The position numbers and the translations under genes were made by a program. From NCBI RefSeq assembly GCF_032062105.1, contig NW_026921645.1:1-64000 (forward strand): 64,000 nt of DNA. Reading direction: 5' to 3'. The DNA comes from Saccostrea cucullata. Its lineage: Eukaryota. The notes beneath the pieces are model-generated. The model did no database searches. It was not told where the DNA came from and was given only the letters and a program-made list of their open reading frames with translations. Shown in pieces: positions 12,620 to 24,600 of the stretch (the first letter of the stretch is position 1; each line of letters begins with the position of its first letter).

Positions 12620-15600
12620 ATGTGGAACTCTGGGATGTCGAACTGGGGAGCTGGCTCCACGGAGGGAAACACTCTGGGAAAAAAACGGAGCTACGCAGAG
12701 ACAGGATTCTCTACGGATAACAATGGTGGGGGTTTTGGACCGCCCTCTACTTCCTACATGAAGAATGATTATGGGTATGTGGGTCACGCATAGGAATACT
12801 AAGTGTCACTTGACTGAATGTTTTTATACAGAAATAAAGATTAGTAATTACAACCATATATTAGTGTTTTATTTAATGGATTAAGATTGTGTTAATCATT
12901 CAAGATGATTATGGTCATTACAACCATCTATTAATGTTTTATTTAATGAATTAAAATTGTTAATCAGTCAAGATGATTATGGTTATGGGGGTCAGTGGCC
13001 GGATTATGATGCTAGTTACGGATCTTCACATGAAACACCTCACCATCAACCCCCTCCCGACGACATGATGAGTTCCATGGGGCTCCCCACATCATTTACG
13101 GCCACCATAAACCAGGCCTCGGAAAACTTCACAGAAGACATCCCTCTAGAAGGCAAAGGAAGGAGAAATCACGGCGGCAAGTTTTAAAATATGCTATATG
13201 TACAAAGAAATAATAATAATGGAAAATCTATCAGACAGAAAAACTGGACACTGATAATAAATGAATTAAATGATGTTTGGATAAATTTTCACATTTGATT
13301 TCAAAATAAATATTTGATTTCACTTTAAATTCTGTACAGGTGTGTACCAGACTCCAGGTTATCAGAATCAAGCACAGTATGGCAGGGGTGGAAGAGGGGG
13401 AGGCCAAGGGGAGAGAGGAGGCCATGGGGGGAGAGGGGGCCGGGGTCAGAACAAACGAGGTCAAGGTCAGTTACCTGGCATTTATTTAAAAAATGAATAT
13501 AATTTTCAAAATATAATGATTAGAAGTACAAGTACTGAAAGAAATTTACTGATATAGAAATGCTTTAAAAAAAAAAAACTTTTAATTTCTACGTAGGTAG
13601 AGGAGGAGGTCAGCAGAGAGGAGGAAGAGGAGGGGGTCAGAGAGGTGGGGGCGGTGGGGGAGGGTTCCAGAACAAGGGAAGAGGAGGTGGGAGGGGCGGA
13701 GGTCAGGACAGGGGAAATAACTACAATCAACCACAGTGGGGAACAGGCTACAATGAAGGAGGGGGAGGAGGAAGAGGAAGGGGAGGTAACAACTTCAGGG
13801 GTAAGGAGTTGTCTTTCTTTTTGTTTGAAAACAGTAGTATATTATTTGTGCAGCTAATTATCTTCCTTTCATCCACTAAATTGTCAATTTTCTCCTATTT
13901 TCAGAAAAAATGGTACCAATGTTTGTTTATTTATTAAGTTTAAAAAGAATTATTTTTTGGAATGTGTCTTGTAGGTAATGTTCAGAAAAAGCCAGGACTA
14001 CCTCCTAATAAAGTGTTTAGTGGTAATAAGAGGGGGGGACGAGGACGGGGCAATAGAGGGGGGTCAGGGGGACAGTTTGGTGGCACAATGGCTCCTGTTC
14101 ACAGCCTGTCTAAGGTATAGTTCTACCGCCGTAAAAAATAGCAGGGTATATAATGGAGATTTAAAGATCTAAAAACATATGATGTAACACGTCATAACAT
14201 TGAACTGAGAATTCATATACTCTGTTAGTTCATGTGTACATTGGAATTTATGGTTATATGTTATAGCTGATATTCTGTATCCTTTGTAAACACTATTTCT
14301 TTATAATTCTATTGTAGGTTGCAACCCAGCAGTTTGATACGGCCAACATGTCCACAGCTGAGAAGATACATAGATTTGCCCTGTACGTCCAGGGAGAACC
14401 AATGAAAGTGAACGCTATACAGACAATAGAAAACGCCATTACAGGAAGCAAGCTCAACCTGAAAACTCAATATGAGGTTAGTAGTTATCAGCTGTCAGGA
14501 CATGTTAAAGTGTTTTATTGAAGGAACATGTGTCTTTGAATATGAGGATATATAAGATATTAAAGAGCTGCCTTATAAATTGTTCTCTCTACTAAATTCT
14601 TTGATTTTTGTTTCCAAAACAGGTTCATACTATCAACATGTTTTTTGGCAAAACTTTACCACAATAATACCTTCTGTTTAATTGCAGACAAAGGGGTTTA
14701 TATCACCTTTTCAAGGATTTATTATTCCAGATTTATAACCTCGGTTTATTTGAAAGGGAGGAGTTATTTTTCCTAGTTTATAACTGTTTATTTTAAATGG
14801 AAGAGTTATTTTTCCTAGTCTATAAAGTTTCTAGTATGGCGGTCCCCAGAATCACGCGATTGCGCATGAGCAGTTATTTCCCTTGCCGTTGCTATGCAGA
14901 ATGTAAACAAACCGCCATTTTCCACTCGCTTCAACAAAACGCATTCGATCGAGTGATTAGGCCATATAAAATTAATCTTTAGATTCTCATCCCCGCCCGC
15001 CCCTCTCAAAATGTCCCGCCCCGATGTTTTTTATTTTGATTTTTGGGTATTTTCATGTATTTTTATTCAGTAAGAATTTGGGTCAAAGTTTAAGAGTTAT
15101 CTCCCGTCTGTATTAAAAGTCGCGTGTCGCTATTTATAGCAAAAACGCCATGTGAAGAATGGAGAAAAATCGGCAATAAAAGCAGTTTAAACATGTAAGG
15201 AAAAGATAATTTGTCAGTATAGAGAAGGCAGAGAAGAAAAAATAGCATAAACACATATAGATACCATCACTGGCAGGAGCAAGTATGTAGAGAGATTGTA
15301 ACTAAGTAAAAATAGACGAGGAAAGTCAAGTGATATATAAACGATCTCCAGCTGTGTGACTTAGCTTTGAAATAAAAAAAAATCTACAAAATCGTAGACA
15401 GACTTAAGAGAAGGCCTAGATTTTTCAGTAGAATAATTATTAGAAAATTTATATAGATTTTGCAAAATAAGAAGTCACACATACACAATTTATTGGTATC
15501 CCCACCTCATTTTGTTCAGGGTGTGCCGTTTAATGTGTACTTGATAATTTGTTAATTAACAATAAATATTTAACTTTTAAAGAAAAAAATTTCTTTAAAT

Positions 15601-18600
15601 ATTTAAAAGAATATGAAAAGAATTAAATCTATTCATATTGGCATTAAGGTAATGAAAAAAAATGTGTACGGGGCGTCCATTGTTTTGTTGATACTTAGGC
15701 CTATATATAAATTAACAATTATAAAAAATAAAAAATAAAATCCGCCCACCCGCCCCAATTTTTTTGCAAATTAGGATGAGAATCTAAAGATTAATTTTAC
15801 CTGGCCTTAGGATTAGGTTATATAGTTTTTAAAATTGGGTTTGTTTTATAAATCCAGTCTGTAATCTTTCTGACTTTGGGCTAATTTATGTAATTTTTGC
15901 TTACAAAAGGCACTATGAGTGCCTTTTGTGACCAAAAACTTGCATGAATCAGCCTGTCGAATCGTGCTGATATCTTACACTTTGGTTTAGTTCATGACAT
16001 GTTTGCTTTACAAAGGAAAGTTTAAGAAATGAAAGTTCGAGTAAATCAACTCTATTGTCGAAACATGGCGATTTTCAGCGCTGAGTTTAGGCAAGTTATT
16101 GTAAAAGCGACTTACCGTTAACTGCAGCTCGATATTCTGACCTCCTAATCATGTCCAAATAATTTATATTCAGAATATTTTTCCTTTCAAATCGATAATG
16201 ATGCACAATTCAATCCATCGATGACTAATCATTAGCTAACATTTGTTAAATCCCTGTATTTCTCACAAAAATCACACAATTTTAATAGCATTGCACTTTG
16301 AGTCCTATCAGGCATTTCTTCATTACGTCAAAACACAAGTGACGCATCTCATGAATATTTATGAGATTACGTCAGAAATTGATCATGTGACTGCATTCCT
16401 AAACAATGCAAGATGGAGATTTACTTCCTAAACAAGAACGTTATTTTACGAAATCTTTTAATTCTCATTTAAAAAACTGTGTTTAGGCTATCTAAATTTA
16501 ATTCCCTGGTTCTCAGGCCAATTTTCTCCAAAACAGATGCGGGAGGGCGGCATTTTATTTTTCATTTTATTGGCAATAAAGTAGATGAGGGAGGTATTTT
16601 TTTTATTTTAATTTCCGAATTTTCTTTAACATAAAGATAATTTTTTTAATCACAGATATACTTTCCATTTCTGGTCAAAATTTCTGCTTTATCCATTGCT
16701 TAACAGCGTGTAAACATCGTAGGTAATGTCCTCGAATGTATTTTCAAACGAAGTAGCCAAAATCTCATTGTAAATGGCTACCGGAAGTGATATTTGAATA
16801 CTAAACTACGAAACAAATGAGGTCGGAATTTTTTTTCCCGGATTGGTCACCGCAATACCAACTTTTTATTTTATCAAAAACACAATAAAATCGGCAATGC
16901 GGCTACCTCAAAACGGATGCGCGCGGGCCTGAGAACCAAGATTTCAATTTTATATGGCCTTAAGTACCAGTCCACATAAAAATCAGACAAAACTGTAAAA
17001 AAGTGATACATGAAGGTTTTCAGAATTTGATGATTTTCCACTCATAGATTTATTTTGTAGTATGAACAATGTATGTAAAATGAAAAATGTTTTGAGTCAT
17101 GGTAACCATGGAAACCCGACCAAAGAAATTTCCTTAGCAACCGGCGGATTTTTCAGCGTTGATGGACAAAAAATCACCTATATTTGAGGCTTAAAATAAC
17201 ACGTAAATTCCATGAGAATTATTCTTACTTATGGGTGTAATAAAGATACACATTTATTGTGTTCTAATAATGTAATAAAAAATATTTAGATCCTAAGTCA
17301 GTCCTGTGGTAATCATTGGAAGGTACACGTTTTACAAGTTTTGCTGATTCAGCATTTTTCGTGATTTTGGCAATATTCAAGGCCAAATTTTAAAAATGGC
17401 CAGATTAATACAGTTGTTGCATGTATCTCAAATAAAAGCAGATGTATTTCTCTTTTAGAATTTGAAGTCAAATCCATGGGCTCTTTTGAAAATCGAATCT
17501 GTTGCCTAGCAACAAAAATGGTCTTTTTGATGCATAAAATGAGAAACAATGTAAAAAGTTTACTTAAAAATCAAATGAACGGTTAATTATGATAAACGAG
17601 ATACAAATTTTAAAATAGTATAATTAAATTCGGTCTCCCTAGCACATTATTGAATATTGCATAATTCTTTATCCCCATAGCAACGGCAGGTTCTCCATAG
17701 CAACAAGGCAAAGAAAGGTAATTTTGGCGTGTATTCGTGTAATCTTATTAAGGCTTATTCAAATTAAGTCAGAAAAATGTGATTGAGCAAAACTGACAAT
17801 GAACTGTTGGTCAATCTTAATTTTTTTATCGTCTTTAATCAACACATGGCAAAAATTCCCAGTGCATGGCAACCAATGTACCCTATGCCTCCTGTAAAGA
17901 GATTTGACTTTTGGATCAGTGTTCGTCATGGAAATGAATGTTGAATTAATATGTTGATGATTGTATTTGTGGAGAGTGCTGAAAAAATATATGAAATGTT
18001 CCCTCAGTTGTTGTCATGGCAACAACTACATGTGACTGAATTTAAAATGGGACGAGTTCAAAAAACACAGTATAAATTCTTAAACAGAACTGTGACTGGG
18101 CGAATTTAAAACGGGGCAAAATTTCTTGTATGTGTGAACAGGGAAAAATCATATGATACCAAATTAAGGATGTTTTCCATAGATAATGTTTTAATGTAAC
18201 TTGTACGATATTGTGGATTAGTTTCAAGACACTCACCGTGCATGGTTTCAATGGTTGCATTTTATTTCCGGAACTGTTTTCATTTCCGATATTTTAAAGT
18301 TTTCATCTCTGACATTTTTCAAGCAGTACTTTTCTGCAATGAAAGTAGGTAAGATTTAAGACTTAACTCATGAAAAATATTACAGAATATATCATGAATA
18401 AATCATTGAAATCCAAAATAATGAGTTTTGCAATTGACTTTGGGTTATGTTTTAGGCCTAAACCAAAGGCCATGACATGGGGGGGGGGGTTAGGTTCGAT
18501 ATTCAGTACCAAATTTTTTCCAAACAGCACCACTTCGAATTCATAATTTTAAACCTATTCTGCAACGTGTCTGTGGAAAGTGGGGGGCTAAACCTACGCA

Positions 18601-21600
18601 GCAATGTTCAATGTCAATACTAGGAAAAGGCTAAGCCCCTAGCCCCCCCCCCCCCCCCCCCCCCCGGTTCCGACGCCTATGTAGTTTGGTAACTTTTTAA
18701 CCATAGACAGAGTAGAGGAATAAAAAAAAATGCATTTCAACCACTCTAAGTAATATTCAGCATTACTTAGTAGTGTCCCCACCCCACAAGAACCCCTGAC
18801 CCTCAGGTTCACACATTTCACAATTCTTGCTCATCATAAATGTTTGATTAACATCATGGAGTGCATTTCAAAGAAATAATTCATTTCTAGTATATAGTCA
18901 AAGACACCCCCCCAACCCCAGCCCTCTATGATACCCCTGTTCCGGGGGGCTTGGAATTCCTAGTTCTGGAAGAACTATCATAGCTATATAATAACTATAT
19001 GTCTGTAGTCAGTTTGTTAAATACCTGGGGGCAAAGAAGAAGATTAATTATCAAAGAATTATTGCAATTTCACCATTTGATGATTAGAGCCCCACCCTAA
19101 GTAACACCAGAAACCCTGGTCCTTGCGCCATGAAATTCACAATCTGATCCTTTGGCCATGAAAATCACAATTTTCAAAGAGGCACTCTCCCTCATTGTAA
19201 CTACGCATGTAGTTAGTTGTTTAATACCCAGGGACAGAGAAGGAGATTTTCCATTTTAAAAATGCATGTTTACTATGTAATCAAAAGAGTCCTGCACCCT
19301 AACACCAGAATTCCTGACCCTGGGGCCATGAAGTTCACGATTTTAGATGAGGCATCCTTCCTCATCATAACTATGTATTTTTCAAAGAATGAATGCATGT
19401 TAACTATATATTCATTTAAGCCCCGTCCTAACACCAGAACCCCTGTCCAAAGGCCATGAAATTCACTACTGTAGAACAGAAATTCTTTCTCATCGTAACT
19501 ACGTACTTAATTAATTTTACCCAGGAGCAGAGAAGAAGATTTTCAAAGAAATAATGTACATGTATTTTCACTATATAATCTATTTAGCCTAGCCCTAGCA
19601 TACAGAACCCCTGACCCTGGGGCAAAGAATTTTACTATTTTGGTACAGTGTAGAGGACTCAATGCTTATTACAATCATTCCAACAGTTTCACTGCTTGAT
19701 GTCTAGAAGTAAAGAAGATTTTCAAAGACTGCATTAATTTTAGTGGTTTTGGTCCCACCCCTCAGGCCACAGGGACCCTGAAATTCACAATTTGTGTTCT
19801 TCTTTTACCCATAGATGGGTTATTTCAAATTTGGTTGAAATTGGTTCAGTGGTTCCAGAGAAGAAGCTAAAAATGTTCAAATGTTTACGACCGCCGAATG
19901 ACGTACGACGATGAACGAACAAAGATAGCAATAGGTCACCTGAAAGACTCGGGTGACCTGAAATTCTCAGAGGCACATCTCTCTTTTAAAGTGCAGTTTT
20001 AAGTTTGAACTCAGATATGCAAGGATGGAAATTAAAAGGCATACAGAAACCACTTCTGGTAAATATATGCACAGACCCTTAGTAAGCAATTTCGGGGGTG
20101 GAGGTGGGGGTGGGGTGGGGTGGGGTGGGGGTTACAACCATATATTTTCAGTTTGGGCACTATCAACAACCGAAAATTCCTTGGCAAACAAACCAAAAAA
20201 TGGAAGATTTTCAATAGTATTCTATAGCTAAGTATCGGCATAATAGCCCCCCCCCCTCGCTTCTTACACGGCCGTAGGTAAAAAAAATCATCGTTGAAGG
20301 AATTCTTAAAAGACAGTAGAATGTTTTTAATATGAAGACATCACAATTACGCCTGTACATGTAGCACAGGGAAAGATATTAATATAATTGTATAAGTATG
20401 TATTGAATTATAAATATGTTTTTATTTTTTGAACATGAAATAAATTTATTTAAAATTTTATTTCCAGCTGTTTGGCAAGCAAAAAATTTTCAGAAAGGGA
20501 TCCTGCAGATATCTAAGAAATACAAAAAATGTCGGAAATGAAATAAAATTGTCCGAATTGAAATTTTAAGCATGTCGGAAACCCTATGCAAAATACTGGA
20601 CATTAAATGCAGTGAAAGAAAACATGAATATGAAATGAGCAAGCTCACAAAATTGTGTACACCTAATAAAACCCTTAACCCTGGTAATGTTTATCTAGCA
20701 TATATTGTGTTCATTTGAGATAATTTCCATTTTTCAAAAGATAAGATATTTATAAGCTTGTATCTTTAACTTGTTGTTGGGAAGCTGACACTTATTTAGT
20801 TCACAAGGAGTCTGTAGCACTGGAGCTTCAAACGCTATTACCCAGAGAACAGGCCCATAGGAACGCGTATCAAAGTAGTGGGAACAACCTCCAACATCGC
20901 CCACCTGAGCACATGGGCTAGGTAAAAACAAATCAGCTCAGCACTCAAAAGTTTACTTGGGGAAGGGAGGGGGATGGACTTGAATTTTATACTTCTTGCC
21001 ACCATATCAATTATAAATTACTGGTATTAATGTAAAAACTTTGGGCCAGGAAAGATGAAATTTGTGTAGAAGCATCCTCAGGTAGTGTACATTCAAGTTT
21101 ATTCAAGTCATGACCACGGTGGTAGGGTGGGGCCACAATGGACGACCAACGTTTTACATAGGAATATATAGGAAAAATCTTCTTAATAACAGCAAAGCCA
21201 TGATTGGTCATGTTTATATGGAAGCATCCTAAGGTAGTGTAGATTCAAGTTTGTTCAAATCATGACCCCCAGGGGTACAGCCACAATGGATAATCAAAGT
21301 TTTACATAGGAATATATAGGAAAAATATATAAAAATCTTGATTGGTCTTGTTCAAATGTTAGCATCCTCAGGTAGTTTAGATAAAGATTTGTTAAAATCA
21401 TGACCCCCAGGATTGGGTGGGACCACAAAAGTACATAACTTATTTGGAATAAAGCCACAGTTAGTCAAAAAATATGTAAGCACTCTTAGTTAGTGTAGAT
21501 TCAAGTATGCATAGATTCAAGTTTGTTCAAATCATCCCCCCTCTTTTAGGATCGGGACCACTTAGGCATTTACTGAATTGATTTTTCCTAGCCACAGTGC

Positions 21601-24600
21601 TCAGGTGAGCGATGTGGCCCATGGGCCCCGTGTTACATGGATGGGTTCGATGTCCTCAGTTTTGTTTTGTTTTTGTTGCATAATATTTCCATTTTAAGAT
21701 ATGAACTAACCGGATACATGAAGATGACCCTCTGACTATCGTTTGCATAATTTTTTAAATATATTTGCACTACATTAATGCAAATCTCACCAAACAACAT
21801 ACAAAAATAAAGTTTCTACTTGTGTGACTAGCCATGTTTTAAATTCATTTGTATTTTGATCTAGCTTTGGACATCTTGCAATATTTCTTTCAAATGGTGT
21901 AAACTTCAATTTTACGTAAATAACTGTAACTGACTGTGATGAGACTTTTCTTATTTTGATTTATTTTAATGTGCCGCGTCGCCCTCATGGAGCAGTGGTT
22001 AGAGCGTCTTCTCTAGAGTCACGAAGTAAGGAGCTGATCCTTGCGTCGCGGGTTCGAATCCCACTGTGGGACGCAGTAGGTGCTACCTTTGAGCTACCGC
22101 GAACGGTTCTTTTCGTTTGGAAAAAAAAAAACTCTCCAATCTATGACAAGTATCAATAGAATAATTAAAACCTGATCTTCCTATTCAATTGGAAATATCA
22201 TTGGAAATGTTTCCATAGTGACGTTATTCATTTTATTTATCTATTTACTTTCATGAGGAATTAATCATACATTGTAATACTTACTGAGAAATCTGTGACG
22301 AGTGCCTAATCTTTCAATATTATGAATAACGACTACAGAGTATCCCATACTGAAAATGTAACATTGTTTGCTATGTGCTACAAATAGTTGTTATGGATTA
22401 AATGAGTTTAAAAATACTTTCGAAAAACAAACATTTCAACATCATTTTTTCCTTCATGACGTGATATAAATAAAGATTTACAGGTAACATGTATATGCGT
22501 CAAACTTTCTTTGTGTCGTTGCTAGGGGAGTGGTGTTGTTGCTATGGAAATAAGTCATTGAACAATATTCAATAACTTGATACAACATTTTAAAGTCTTT
22601 CCGAACTATCACCATGCAATTATGAGCATATTACTTGAATATCCAATTCCATGACAAACAATACAATCCCAAAGTCAAATCTGTTTTACAGGAGACATAG
22701 GAACTTTGGCTGTCATGTACACGGAATCCTTGCCATATGGATTGATTAAGTACCCAAAAAAAAATAACAATAATAAAACCAACATTTCATTGTCAATTTT
22801 GCTCAACCGGATTTTTCTGACTTATTTTGAATAAGTCTTAATATTTAGATTACACGAATACACGCCAAAATTACCTTTCTTTGCCTTGTTGCTATGGAGA
22901 ACCTGTCGTTGCTATGGAGATAAAGAATTATGCAATATTCAATAATGTGCTAGGGAGACCGAATTTAATCATACTATTTTAAAAATTGTATCTCGTTTAT
23001 CGTAAATAACCGTTCATTTGATTTTTCCGTAAACTTTTTACATTGTTTCTCATTTTATGCATCAAAAAGCCCATTTTTGTTGCTAGGCAACAGATTCGAT
23101 TTTCAAAAGAGCCCATGGATTTGACTTCAAATTCTAAAAGAGAAATACCTCTGCTTTTATGTGAGATACATGCAACAACGGTATTAATCGGGCCATTTTT
23201 AAAATTTGGCCTTGAATATTGCCAAAATCACGAAAAATGCTGAATCAGCAAAACTTGTAAAACATGTGTACCTTCCAATGTCTACCACAGAACTGACTTA
23301 AGACCTAAATATTTTTTATTACATTATTAGAACACAATAAATGTGTATCTTTATTACACCCATAAGTAAGAATAATTCTCATGGAATTTACGTGTTATTT
23401 TAAGCCTCAAATATAGGTGATTTTTTGTCCTTCAACGCTGAAAAATCCGCCGGTTGCTAAGGAAATTTCTTTGGCCGGGTTTCCATGGTTACCACGACTC
23501 AAAACATTTTTCATTTTACAAACATTGTTCATACTTCAAAATAAATCTATGAGTGAAAAATCATCAAATTCTGAGAACCCTCATATGTCACCCTTTGTCT
23601 GATTTTTATGTGGACTGGTACTTAAAAACCAGTTTTTTAAACCCAATTTTTCGCAAGGAACACGAATTTGAGGTCAAATTTGCAATTTGTGGCTTCTTTT
23701 TCGATTTTGTCGATCGCTCACGCGATCGTCTATATACTGTACACCGCCTTCGGCGGCAGCTATTTTAGCGCCATATTTATGGGGACCGGTATACTAGAAG
23801 TGTTCCCATGTTGAATTGCAGGTTGAGGAGTTAATGAGAATCTCTGGGAAGTGGATGTTCACAGGGCGTCTTATCCTTGGGGGCATATTTCTAGCTCGCA
23901 GTGTGGGAGCTAACAAAAAAGAAGTTAAGCATGAGACTTACCAGAAAGCCCTGGATGTTTTAAAAACCAAAACTGTAGCTGAAATATTTAATCTTACAGA
24001 CCCAGGAGCTGAAGCCATAAGGCAAGTTATTAGAAAAAGAATGCATGTATTTTCTCGTAATAAAAACATGAGGGATTAATATATATATAAATTGATAATT
24101 CTTTTTCTGTGTTTAGGAAAGAATTGGCCTCAACATTAGACACAGAAAAAGATGTCTCTAAACAAGCCGACACGATTCTTCAGAAGCAGACAGAACAAGC
24201 GATGACCATTCGTACCAATCAGGATGGTTTTATTTGTTTGATTGAGTACATAAAGTCGGCGGGAAATCTGCCAGAGAACAAGATCTCGTGTATGGAGCAG
24301 GCTATGAGTGCCTCCCACTGCGCTCTCAGTCACAAGTATGACTTCAAAGCCTCCAGACTCCCAACTGGAAGGTAAACAAATAAATCATAGCTTTTAAGAT
24401 ATGTTTTTCATTCTTTACAGTAAAAATGTGAAAAATTAAAGTTTTTACAAAAAGGAAACAAAAACTAGTTACCAAAACATGTTTTGAAATGTGCTGTAAA
24501 AAAGAACCGATCTGAATTGCAGATTTTTCTTTCATGGGATATTGACTGTGGGGGACATTGTGATTGCTGTCGGTAAGGGCCACAGGAAGAAAGACGCCAA

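Larger units (their letters stand above)
14829..23799. mobile_element. ~9-kb composite foldback DNA element filling intron 6 of the NKRF-like gene
   Basis: 20-bp terminal IRs TTCTAGTATGGCGGTCCCCA (14829-14848) and TGGGGACCGGTATACTAGAA (23780-23799). ~1-kb internal inverted arms at 16960-18000 and 22585-23640. No clean TSD. Confidence 0.6.

Noticed and set aside
18241-20588. Possible additional hAT-like element with degenerate TIRs
   Set aside because: Only partial inverted similarity (TTCATTTCCGA.ATTTT) and no TSD; too weak to call.
17349-23243. Twin ORFs MFLILCIKK.. on opposite strands as duplicated genes
   Set aside because: They are chance ORFs in the two arms of an inverted repeat, with non-ATG starts and no protein motifs.
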